Positions 8,646 through 17,732 of a DNA stretch of 64,000 nucleotides are shown piece by piece. The translations under genes were made by a program, and so were the position numbers. This stretch comes from an uncultured Gammaproteobacteria bacterium. GTDB lineage: Bacteria; Patescibacteriota; Microgenomatia; UBA12405. The DNA lies in the NCBI GenBank assembly GCA_964628885.1, contig CAZVMP010000002.1, positions 10,330 through 74,329 on the forward strand. Direction: 5' to 3'. Each line of letters begins with the position of its first letter. Position 1 is the stretch's first letter. The notes beneath the pieces are model-generated. The model saw only the letters and a list, made by a program, of their open reading frames with translations. It was not told the DNA's origin and did not search any database.

Positions 8646-10028
8646 TCATTCCTTTCTTAGCGGGCAATGGTTTTTACCAGCATTCTTTTTTGCTGACATT
8701 TTACGTTGATTGTTTTTCCATATTTTTTTCCAGTCATCATGAAGCATGTTGCCAAAAGTTTGGCCGTTAAGCCAGCTTTGACAAGGGATAACCTCTCCTT
8801 GAGGAGAGATTGCCATGTTATACAAACAAGCTCCACAGGTTGGGTATAGATTAATTCCAATCTTTTTTAAAACATCTTCATCAAGCTGACCCGGGGAAGT
8901 AAAGCCAATGTTTACTCCAAGCTCTCGACAAGTTTCGACTGCTTTTTTTAAGATTAACTCAAGCGATTCGGCCGTTAGGTTGTTTCCATTTGAAATTTCA
9001 CCAATTGCCTTACCTGCTGGAATTAATCCAGAACAAGTAAAATAACGGACCCCAAGACTTGACAACATCTTAATCATTTCAGGATAATCTTGATTTAAAT
9101 TAAGCAGAGGAGTGTTTACTGAAGTTGATAAACCCGCTGATAGTGCATTTTTAATTCCTTCAACCGTTTTGTTCCAAGCTCCAACTCGACCAACCAATCT
9201 GTCATGAATTTTTGGATTAGAGGAGTATAGGGTTATTTGGATATTATCTAAACTTGCCCTGAATAGTCTTTTGGCCAAATTCACAGTTAGTCCGTAACCG
9301 TTTGTGTTAATTCTGGTTACAAACCATTTAGAATATTCAACCAAATTAATTATATCCTTACGATATAATGGCTCTCCTCCAGTAAAGGTAAGCATTGGAA
9401 CTCCGGCTTTCTTGCACTTATCAATTATTCTTTTCCAGTTTTTTGTTGATAATTCTTTATCAACAACCATCATTTCTGAATTTTCTGCGTAGCAACAACT
9501 ACAGTTTAACTGACATCGACGTTGCCCACCTTCTATCATTGACGAGACAATCAAGTCCATTCTTTGTGGTCCGTTAGCGTACTTTTGATATTCATCATAA
9601 GCATCTCCTTGTCCAATCTCTTCAGGAATTTCTCCGTTAGCTATTCCAATTGCTACTCTAATTATTTCATTCAAGTCAGCAATGACTTCATCTTTTTCTA
9701 CCCTGTAAAAGTGTCTCACTTTTTCGGCAACAGAAAAACAAATTTCCCCAAATTCTTCTTCAGTTATTTCTCTACTATCTGAGAAATTCTCTTGTAGTTC
9801 ATTGAAGAATGTCCGCAGAACCATTGACCACGAAGGGCCAACCGGTACCGCATAGTATCCATCAATAGTCAGTAAACTTGGTGGATCTTTCCAAAAACTT
9901 GGTTTTGGAGGAGTTAAGTGTAGTCTAACGCTTCCAGGTCCTTCTGGGTCAAGAGTTACATGGATCACCCCTTCGTTAAAAGCCTTAAGCTTTCTTCTGT
10001 AATCAGTTACCGATTTTGTAAATTTCAC
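8646..10028 (-). CDS. Radical SAM enzyme with a C-terminal SPASM/twitch-like Cys cluster and an N-terminal extension of about 170 aa (putative peptide/protein-modifying maturase). GTG start.
   Basis: The CQLNCSCCY motif fits CxxxCxxC. A glycine-rich SAM motif (LTFTGGEPL) is present. The C-terminal cysteines are FTCSG...PTCGACLYN...VIPCQSW...NHCP. The N-terminal domain has no recognisable motif. Confidence 0.7.
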   Translation of the reverse strand: MKFTKSVTDYRRKLKAFNEGVIHVTLDPEGPGSVRLHLTPPKPSFWKDPPSLLTIDGYYAVPVGPSWSMVLRTFFNELQENFSDSREITEEEFGEICFSVAEKVRHFYRVEKDEVIADLNEIIRVAIGIANGEIPEEIGQGDAYDEYQKYANGPQRMDLIVSSMIEGGQRRCQLNCSCCYAENSEMMVVDKELSTKNWKRIIDKCKKAGVPMLTFTGGEPLYRKDIINLVEYSKWFVTRINTNGYGLTVNLAKRLFRASLDNIQITLYSSNPKIHDRLVGRVGAWNKTVEGIKNALSAGLSTSVNTPLLNLNQDYPEMIKMLSSLGVRYFTCSGLIPAGKAIGEISNGNNLTAESLELILKKAVETCRELGVNIGFTSPGQLDEDVLKKIGINLYPTCGACLYNMAISPQGEVIPCQSWLNGQTFGNMLHDDWKKIWKNNQRKMSAKKNAGKNHCPLRKE

Positions 10029-10057
10029 TTTTAAAACCCCTTTCTTTATTACCTCTT

Positions 10058-10110
10058 TCGATGAGGTTATAACTAGGCCCCTTACTAAGACCTACTTATA
10101 ACCTCATCGA
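10058..10110. promoter_or_regulatory. Perfect 15-bp inverted repeat (TCGATGAGGTTATAA / TTATAACCTCATCGA, 23-nt spacer) in the upstream region of the rSAM operon
   Basis: Read directly from the sequence. It sits 30-80 nt upstream of the rSAM GTG. It could be an operator or a leader hairpin. Confidence 0.4.
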
Positions 10111-10282
10111 TTAAAACTAGTTTATATTTTTAAAGTTCTATGTTTACGTATTTGCTTTAAATACGGACATATTTGTGGAAGTATAGCACACTATTAACTT
10201 ATAATATGATTTTATATAAACATTTCAATTTGTTTCTATGTATCTAGAGCTAGAAATAAAGAAAATAAGGTAAAATAGCACT

Positions 10283-10585
10283 ATGACATCAAAAAAAATT
10301 TCTCCAGAAGAAGTCAAACGTATCGCTCATTTAGCCCGACTCGAAATCAGTCCTCAAGATGAATTAACGCTTGCAGATCAATTATCAAAAACCGCCTCTT
10401 ATATTGAGATTCTATCCGAAATCGACACCACCAATGTTGCTCCAACTTTTCAAACTCATGGTCAAAAAAATATTACCCGAGACGATTTAGTTGGTGAATC
10501 CTTAACTCAAGAAGAAGCTTTATCTCAAGCCACTGACACTTATAATGGCTATTTTAAAACACAAGCAACTATTAATAAAAAATAA
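10283..10585 (+). CDS. gatC: Asp/Glu-tRNA amidotransferase subunit C
   Basis: ISPEEVKRIAHLARLEISPQDE matches the GatC N-terminal motif. The gene is immediately followed by gatA and gatB. Confidence 0.85.
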   Translation: MTSKKISPEEVKRIAHLARLEISPQDELTLADQLSKTASYIEILSEIDTTNVAPTFQTHGQKNITRDDLVGESLTQEEALSQATDTYNGYFKTQATINKK

Positions 10586-10587
10586 TT

Positions 10588-11976
10588 ATGAATTTAAATA
10601 CCTTAACCTTAATTGAGGCAATAAAAGGAATCAGAGAAAAAAAATTTTCTTCAACTGAGTTGGTTACTAGTTGTCTAACTAGAATTGAGCAGCTTGAACC
10701 AACTCTTAATGCTTTTGTTTCATTGAATAAAGATCAAGCTCTTAAAGAATCTAAATCAATTGATTTAGATAAACCGTTAGCCGGAATTCCTCTTTCCATT
10801 AAAGACAATTTTTGTATAAAAGGTTTTCGTACCACCGCTTCCAGTAAGTTGCTTGATAAATATATTGCTCAATATACTTCCACTGTTGTTCAAAAGTTGA
10901 TTGACGCTGGTGCCATTATAATTGGAAAAACCAATATGGATGCTTGGGCTCACGGTTCCTCAACTGAAACATCAGATTATGGTCCAACTAAAAATCCTTG
11001 GAATCCAAAGTATCTTCCTGGTGGTTCTTCTGGAGGGTCAGCAGCTTCAGTCGCTAGCCATGAAGTAATTGCTTCTATTGGGACCGAAACTGCTGGCTCA
11101 ATTCGTCAACCATCGGCTTGGTGTGGAGTTGTTGGTTTTAAACCAACCTATGGTCGGGTTAGTCGTTATGGAATTATTGCTATGGCTTCATCCATGGATT
11201 GCCCTGGTCCTATTACTAAAACTGTGGATGATACCGCTCTCTTACTCTCACTTATTTCCGGTCACGACCCTAAAGATGCTACCAGTTTACCTCACAAATC
11301 GTTTGTCTCACCGCCACCACTTAAAAATTTAAAAGGTCTGAAAATTGGACTTCCTACCGCCTATTTTCCTGACAAAATTAATCCCCAAATTAAAGATAGT
11401 CTTATTAAAGCCTCTCAGACTCTTAAAAAATTAGGTGCCGAAATTATTGAGATTGATGTTTTAGACCCCAAAATTTCTATTGCCACCTATACCATCTTAC
11501 AGCGCTCCGAAGTTTCTTCTAATCTTGGTCGTTATACTGGAATCCGCTATGGGGGACCCAGATCTGAGTTTGGGGATGAAGCTGTTCGTCGACTTATTTT
11601 AGGGACTCACACTTTATCTAGTGGCCACTATGATGCTTACTATCTCCAAGCCCAAAAGGTTAGAACTCTAATTATCAATGATTTTAACCGTCAGTTTTCT
11701 CAAGTTGACGCTATCATTGGACCAACTTCTCCTACCACCGCTCTTCCAGTTGGCGCCAGTCAGGGTCAAGCTATGTTTGGCGAAATGGCTGATTTGCTGG
11801 TTGAACCTTCAACCTTAGCTGGTCTTCCAGGTATTTCTCTTCCTTGTGGTTTTGTTGATGGACTCCCGGTTGGTCTTCAAATTATTACCCCACAGCTTCG
11901 CGAGGATCTAGCTATTAATATTGCCCGAGTCTTTGAAGCTAATACTGATTATCACTTACTGTCTCCTAAATTATGA
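10588..11976 (+). CDS. gatA: Asp/Glu-tRNA amidotransferase subunit A (amidase)
   Basis: Amidase signature GGSSGGSAASVA plus the catalytic Ser-cisSer-Lys context. Confidence 0.9.
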   Translation: MNLNTLTLIEAIKGIREKKFSSTELVTSCLTRIEQLEPTLNAFVSLNKDQALKESKSIDLDKPLAGIPLSIKDNFCIKGFRTTASSKLLDKYIAQYTSTVVQKLIDAGAIIIGKTNMDAWAHGSSTETSDYGPTKNPWNPKYLPGGSSGGSAASVASHEVIASIGTETAGSIRQPSAWCGVVGFKPTYGRVSRYGIIAMASSMDCPGPITKTVDDTALLLSLISGHDPKDATSLPHKSFVSPPPLKNLKGLKIGLPTAYFPDKINPQIKDSLIKASQTLKKLGAEIIEIDVLDPKISIATYTILQRSEVSSNLGRYTGIRYGGPRSEFGDEAVRRLILGTHTLSSGHYDAYYLQAQKVRTLIINDFNRQFSQVDAIIGPTSPTTALPVGASQGQAMFGEMADLLVEPSTLAGLPGISLPCGFVDGLPVGLQIITPQLREDLAINIARVFEANTDYHLLSPKL

Positions 11977-12061
11977 AAGAAATAATATTTAATTTTTTAC
12001 CTTCTCCCTTTTTAAACAAAAAAGGTTTTAAAATTATCTTAAAATGGAGGAGATCTTTTTT

Positions 12062-13510
12062 ATGACAGTCACTCCTATTATTGGTTTAGAAATTCACTTT
12101 GAACTTCAAACCAAATCAAAGATGTTCTGCAGTTGCAGTGCTAGTCATTTTCAAGTTGAACCAAATACTCACACCTGTCCCGTCTGTTTGGGTCTCCCTG
12201 GAGCCCTTCCTGTTCCCAATCAGACCGCCTGTGATTACTGCATCAAAATTGGATTGGCTCTTGGTTGTACTATTAATCAAGAAACTTTTTTTGAAAGAAA
12301 AAATTATTTTTATCCTGATTTGCCAAAAAGTTATCAGATTACTCAGCTTCAACAACCTTTCTGTATTAATGGTCAGATAGTCGTCTCCGGACACACCATT
12401 AGAATTAATCGGGCGCACATGGAAGAAGATACTGGTAAATCAATTCATCAAAATATTAATGGAGTTGATTCGACTCTTTTAGATTACAATCGTTCAGGAG
12501 TTCCTTTAGTAGAAATTGTTTCTGAGCCCGACATCTTATCTCCGGAAATGGCCAAGGACTATCTTCTCAAGATACAACAAATTATTCGATATATTGGTAT
12601 TTCTGATGCCGACATTGAAAAAGGGAGTATGCGCTGTGAACCGACGGTCAACCTTAAAATTATAAACAAGGGTCAAACTTTTTATACCCCTCTAGTAGAA
12701 ATTAAAAATGTTGCCTCATTAACCGGTGTCCAAAACGCTATTCGCTATGAAATTGACCGACAGCAACAAGATTTTATTAATACCGGTCAGGTTAAATCAG
12801 CCAACAACAAAACCACTCGTGGTTGGGATGCTGTTAAAAATCAAACTTTTCTCCAGCGGGAAAAAGAGGGGAGTGCTGATTATCGTTATTTCCCCGAGCC
12901 AGATATTCCCCCGATTATCTTAACCAACGACCAGATCCAAGCTATAAAAGCCACTCTTCCAGAGTTACCGGAACAAAAAATTGCTCGATATCAGCAGGAT
13001 TTCCATTTAAATGATTATGACGCTAATTTATTAGCCTCAGATATAAATTTTGCCACTGGCTTTGAAACTGCTATCAGTCAAAACCAAACCCCTCAGATGA
13101 CTAAATTTGTTGCCAACCTGTTTCTTGGTCCCATTAAAACCTTCCTTAACGAATCTCAAGGCTCACTTGATTGTCAGAAAATAAAGCCAGTTTTCTTTAA
13201 TAATTTATTTACTGCCGTTTCTAAATCCCAAATCTCTGCCACCGTTGCTAAACAAGTAATTGTCGACAGCTATACCACTGGCGTTGACCCGGTAGAGATT
13301 GCTAAATCTAAAGGATTAATTCAAGTTTCTGACACCGACCAACTTCAAAAATTAGCCCAAATGGTGATTGATCAAAATCCTAAAGCTGTTACTGATTATC
13401 AAAAGAATCCCGCCTCTATTGGCTTTCTTATTGGTCAGTTAATGAAGGCTTCAGTTGGTTCTGCTAACCCACAGTTAGCCAGGGAAATTTTAGAAAAAAT
13501 TCTCCAATAA
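12062..13510 (+). CDS. gatB: Asp/Glu-tRNA amidotransferase subunit B
   Basis: MTVTPIIGLEIHFELQTKSKMFCSC matches the GatB N-terminus. GGAGGAG lies 8 nt upstream of ATG 12062. The ORF-track start at 12044 is less likely. Confidence 0.9.
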   Translation: MTVTPIIGLEIHFELQTKSKMFCSCSASHFQVEPNTHTCPVCLGLPGALPVPNQTACDYCIKIGLALGCTINQETFFERKNYFYPDLPKSYQITQLQQPFCINGQIVVSGHTIRINRAHMEEDTGKSIHQNINGVDSTLLDYNRSGVPLVEIVSEPDILSPEMAKDYLLKIQQIIRYIGISDADIEKGSMRCEPTVNLKIINKGQTFYTPLVEIKNVASLTGVQNAIRYEIDRQQQDFINTGQVKSANNKTTRGWDAVKNQTFLQREKEGSADYRYFPEPDIPPIILTNDQIQAIKATLPELPEQKIARYQQDFHLNDYDANLLASDINFATGFETAISQNQTPQMTKFVANLFLGPIKTFLNESQGSLDCQKIKPVFFNNLFTAVSKSQISATVAKQVIVDSYTTGVDPVEIAKSKGLIQVSDTDQLQKLAQMVIDQNPKAVTDYQKNPASIGFLIGQLMKASVGSANPQLAREILEKILQ

Positions 13511-14107
13511 TTCGTTTAAGTTGGTGATATTTATAACTCCATTAAGTCCTTTTTTGTTATATCGATTTATCCAGACTAATCTTAAATCCGGTCTTAATTG
13601 TTTTAATCTTCCCACAACTTCTTTTCTATCATCAACCACCATTATCCCTTTAGGAAGTTTGTCAATGACTCTTTGATTTGTTTTTCTCCTTTCTATAATT
13701 ACCTGTTCGGGGTTAAATAAATCGGTAATTCCGGTTAACTCTAACTTCTTTTTTTGCCAATTTTTATTTCCTTGAGAATATACTCCTAAAACAAACCTTT
13801 TTGCCATCCTTTTTAAAACATCTTCAGATTCAGGAAATAGAATAAAATTACTTTTATCAAATAAAACTTGATTTAAACTTTCTTTTTTAACCCCATGTCG
13901 TCTCTCTATTTCTTCTAATAATTCATTAGGATCAAAATCTGTTGATGATTCTAAGCTAAGACGATAACTTTCAATTAACTGACCCATTTCTTCTTCCGCC
14001 ACTTGACATTTTTCTGCTAACTTTTCGGTATATTTTTTCCCACTAGCATTAGTGTCAAAAATTGTTTTATCTAAATCAAATAAAATTAGTCTTTCAGTCA
14101 TAACCAT
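13490..14107 (-). CDS. HAD-superfamily hydrolase
   Basis: N-terminal LILFDLDKTIFDT (the DxD HAD motif I). Size and fold are consistent with a HAD hydrolase. It overlaps the gatB 3' end convergently. Confidence 0.55.
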   Translation of the reverse strand: MVMTERLILFDLDKTIFDTNASGKKYTEKLAEKCQVAEEEMGQLIESYRLSLESSTDFDPNELLEEIERRHGVKKESLNQVLFDKSNFILFPESEDVLKRMAKRFVLGVYSQGNKNWQKKKLELTGITDLFNPEQVIIERRKTNQRVIDKLPKGIMVVDDRKEVVGRLKQLRPDLRLVWINRYNKKGLNGVINITNLNELLENFF

Positions 14108-14137
14108 ATTTTACCGTTTTTAAGTTAAAATAGACTA

Positions 14138-17100
14138 GTGGACAATATTTATCGTCAAAAATTTTTAACTGAATATAATCGTCTTAATCATGACCAAAAA
14201 TCAGCTGTTGACACTATCGAAGGTCCAGTTATTGTCATTGCTGGTGCTGGTACTGGTAAGACTCAAACTATTGCTGTTAGAATAGGAAAAATTTTAGAAG
14301 AAACTCAAATTAACCCTAGTAATATTCTCTGTCTTACTTTTACTGAAAATGCCACTATAAATATGAGAAACCGGCTAATTGGCTTAGTTGGTCCCGATGG
14401 TTATAGTGTTCGCATTTCTACTTTTCACGGCTTTTGTAATTCAGTTATTAAAGACCATCCGGAGTTCTTTTTAAAATCAGTTTTAGAATCTCAGGCTATT
14501 GATGATGTTACCCAAATTGAAATTATTAGATCTCTTATTGACCAACTCCCTCAAGATAGTTCTCTTAAAACCATCAATGCCCCTTATTTCTACCAAAAAA
14601 ATATTATTTCCTCACTTTCTTCTCTTAAAAAAGAAAATATTTCTCCTAATGATTTTCTCTCCCTAATTAACGACTCTTCTAATTTTGTTACTACCGCCAC
14701 CCCTGTTTTAGAAAAAATTAATTCTCTTCGGGCCTCCAAGAAAACTGAATCAGAAATTGTGGCTCATATTAGACTTTTGTCCACCAACCCTAATATCAAC
14801 ATTCTCTATCAGTCCCGTTTAATTTATTTTTTAAAATTGTTTGAATTAGGTCAAATTTCTCTTTCCCAACTCAAGCAAAAGACTAAAGACTTTATTCAAA
14901 AAACTGACACCAATCTTCCTAAAATTAAAGATTTATCTATAATTTATCAATCCTATCAACAAACCTTACAACAACGGGGGTTATATGACTATGAAGATAT
15001 GATCCTTTGGGTTATTGATGCTTTTACTCGCCATCCAGGACTTCTTTCTACTTATCAAGAAATGTATCAATATATTTTAGTTGATGAGTTCCAAGATACC
15101 AATTTTTCTCAAATGGGGATTATTAATCTTTTAGTTCAAAATCAAGACCAACCTAATATTTTTGTTGTTGGTGATGATGACCAGTCAATTTTTCGTTTTC
15201 AGGGAGCTAATATTGAAAATATTTTTGAATTCTATCAAAAATATCAACCTCATATCCACCGAGTTGTTCTTAGGAATAATTACCGTAGTCATCAGCTTAT
15301 TTTAGATTCTTCCAATGATGTTATTTCCCAAAATCAGGGTCGTATTGGTCAATATATTAAAGATATTGATAAATCTTTAATTTCTAACTCTAAGTTTGAT
15401 CCTGATCCTATAAATCTTTTTGTTGCCAACACCTCAACAGAGGAAAACTATTGGGTTTCTCAAAAAATTCGACAACTAATTGATTCCGGAGTTGAAGGCC
15501 AAGATATTGCTATACTTTATCGAAATAATGCCGATGTTGATGATCTTCTCCCATTTTTATCTCAAAACCAAATTCCTTATCTTCGTTCAGACTCTATCAA
15601 TATCTTAGAAACTCTAGAGATTCAACAATTACTAACTTTATTTAAATACCTCTCTCAACCACAGGATGATACTTCTTTATCACATCTACTTTCATTTAAC
15701 TTTCTCAATTTTCCTGCCTCTGATCTTTATAAACTTTTTCAAACCACTTACTCTCAAAAAAAAGATCTCTCTACTAGTATCTTAGATCAAGATTTTCTTA
15801 TTCAAAACCATTTCTCCCCAAAATTTATTAATAAACTTAATCGCTTTGTTATCAAAATTGCTAAGACTCAAAAGCAGAGTCATAATTTACCCGCCGACCA
15901 GCTTTTCAACATTATTATTCGACGTTTTGGTTTTTTAAAATTTATTCTTAAAAACAAACAAATAGATCTTCTTAAACAACTTAATACTCTTTATTCCCAT
16001 CTCAAGCAAACTCTTTCAGTTGAAAAAATCAGCCTCTTTGACTGGGTTGCTAAAATTGATCTTTTGTTTGAAAACAAATTATCATTAAACTCCTCTCCTT
16101 TAATTTCCGATATTCCTGGGTCTGTCCGTTTAATGACGGTCCACAAAGCTAAGGGGTTGGAATTTAAGCACGTTTTTATAATAAAAGTTTTGTCGGCCAA
16201 ATGGGATATTGTTTCTTCTAAATCTCAAATTAAATTACCTTTAGGAGTAGTTAAGTATGATTTAGAAAATGACAATCTTGAAGAAGATCGGCGTCTTTTT
16301 TATGTTGCTCTTACCCGAGCTATGCAACAGATTTATCTTTCTTATTCTAGATTAAACGATTCTCAAAAAGATCAGCCTCGCTCCCGTTTTATTACTGAAA
16401 TTGATCCTCAAAGAATTGAAACCATTTCCACCACTCCCAAAATAGAGTCTCAGGCCTTATCATCTTCCTTTAGTCTCAAGCCATCTCAGATTAAGTCAGA
16501 CAAACTTAAAGACTACCTTCATCAATATTTTGCAGAAAAATATCGCTTCAATGTTACCCATCTTAATTCTTATCTTAAATGTCCTTTATGTTTCTTTTTT
16601 AAGACCATTATGCGTTTACCTTATCCTAAGGCTAAATCAATGTCGTTTGGTAGCGGAGTTCATGGGGCCTTGGCCTATCTAACTCAAGTTTATAAAAAAG
16701 ATAATTATCTTATTTCTTTAGATAAATTTTTATCTGTCTTTGAAGATAATCTTAAAAAAGAAAACCTTGCTGACTCTGATTTTGAAATTCTTAAACACCA
16801 TGGCCGCCAAATTCTAACTGACTATTATCTTCACTACCAATCCAACTTTAATGGCACTTGCCTTACCGAACATGACTTCAGGTTTAAAAATGTTCGTCTT
16901 AACAATATTCCTCTGACTGGCCAAATAGATAAAATAGAATTTATTGGCGGCAATAAGGTTGAAGTTGTTGATTATAAAACTGGTAAGCCAGACTTCAAAT
17001 CTCAACAGTTAAGTTCTCAAGGAGACTACTTTCGTCAACTAGTTTTTTATAAATTACTTTGCTCCCAAACTAAATCTTTCCCCTACGAAGTTGTTTCTGG

Positions 17101-17308
17101 CACCATTGATTTTATTGAAAAAAATAAAAAAGGGGATTTTGTCCGTAAGACTTATCCTATTACTCAAGCCGATACCGATAAATTAAAAAAGCAAATTGAA
17201 ACTGTTTTTCAAAAAATTATTCACCTTGAGTTTACCCCTAATCCTGATTGTGATGACCCCGACCACCTTCATTATTTATTTGATACTTATTTTAAAAATG
17301 AAACTTAA
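14138..17308 (+). CDS. UvrD-type helicase fused to a C-terminal PD-(D/E)xK (Cas4/AddB-like) nuclease domain (AddA/RecB-like helicase-nuclease)
   Basis: Walker A AGAGTGKTQT, DEFQDTN, and VHKAKGLEF...VALTRA motif VI. The C-terminal EVVDYKTGKP, QLVFYKLL and C-x-C residues are typical of the RecB-family nuclease. Confidence 0.75.
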   Translation: MDNIYRQKFLTEYNRLNHDQKSAVDTIEGPVIVIAGAGTGKTQTIAVRIGKILEETQINPSNILCLTFTENATINMRNRLIGLVGPDGYSVRISTFHGFCNSVIKDHPEFFLKSVLESQAIDDVTQIEIIRSLIDQLPQDSSLKTINAPYFYQKNIISSLSSLKKENISPNDFLSLINDSSNFVTTATPVLEKINSLRASKKTESEIVAHIRLLSTNPNINILYQSRLIYFLKLFELGQISLSQLKQKTKDFIQKTDTNLPKIKDLSIIYQSYQQTLQQRGLYDYEDMILWVIDAFTRHPGLLSTYQEMYQYILVDEFQDTNFSQMGIINLLVQNQDQPNIFVVGDDDQSIFRFQGANIENIFEFYQKYQPHIHRVVLRNNYRSHQLILDSSNDVISQNQGRIGQYIKDIDKSLISNSKFDPDPINLFVANTSTEENYWVSQKIRQLIDSGVEGQDIAILYRNNADVDDLLPFLSQNQIPYLRSDSINILETLEIQQLLTLFKYLSQPQDDTSLSHLLSFNFLNFPASDLYKLFQTTYSQKKDLSTSILDQDFLIQNHFSPKFINKLNRFVIKIAKTQKQSHNLPADQLFNIIIRRFGFLKFILKNKQIDLLKQLNTLYSHLKQTLSVEKISLFDWVAKIDLLFENKLSLNSSPLISDIPGSVRLMTVHKAKGLEFKHVFIIKVLSAKWDIVSSKSQIKLPLGVVKYDLENDNLEEDRRLFYVALTRAMQQIYLSYSRLNDSQKDQPRSRFITEIDPQRIETISTTPKIESQALSSSFSLKPSQIKSDKLKDYLHQYFAEKYRFNVTHLNSYLKCPLCFFFKTIMRLPYPKAKSMSFGSGVHGALAYLTQVYKKDNYLISLDKFLSVFEDNLKKENLADSDFEILKHHGRQILTDYYLHYQSNFNGTCLTEHDFRFKNVRLNNIPLTGQIDKIEFIGGNKVEVVDYKTGKPDFKSQQLSSQGDYFRQLVFYKLLCSQTKSFPYEVVSGTIDFIEKNKKGDFVRKTYPITQADTDKLKKQIETVFQKIIHLEFTPNPDCDDPDHLHYLFDTYFKNET

Positions 17309-17729
17309 AATTAAACGTTTTGATAAATCTTTACCCCTCCCAGTTCATAAAACTGCTGGGGCCGTAGCCGTTGATCTTTATAGTCGTTTAAAGGTAACAA
17401 TTAGCCCTAAAGAAATTTCCTATATCCCTATGAATGTCGCCATTAAAATCCCTGACGGTTATTTTATTCTTATGGCTCCCCGGTCTTCCACTCACAAGTT
17501 GGGTTTAGTTGGTCTTAACGGAGTTGGTATTTTTGATCGGGATTATTGTGGTGATAACGATGAATATCATTTTATTGTTTATAATTTTAGCGACCATTCT
17601 GTTACCATCGACAAAGGCACTCGCCTTTGCCAACTTTTATTAATTAAGTGTCAACATTTTGATTTTGACGAAGTTGATTCCATTAGTAAAATCTCTCGCG
17701 GCGGCATTGGTTCAACTGGGGTAAAATAG
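17298..17729 (+). CDS. dut: dUTP diphosphatase
   Basis: AGAVAVDLY, the RSS...GL motif and GIFDRDYCGD match dUTPase motifs. ATG 17298 overlaps the helicase stop. Confidence 0.8.
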   Translation: MKLKIKRFDKSLPLPVHKTAGAVAVDLYSRLKVTISPKEISYIPMNVAIKIPDGYFILMAPRSSTHKLGLVGLNGVGIFDRDYCGDNDEYHFIVYNFSDHSVTIDKGTRLCQLLLIKCQHFDFDEVDSISKISRGGIGSTGVK

Positions 17730-17732
17730 TTT

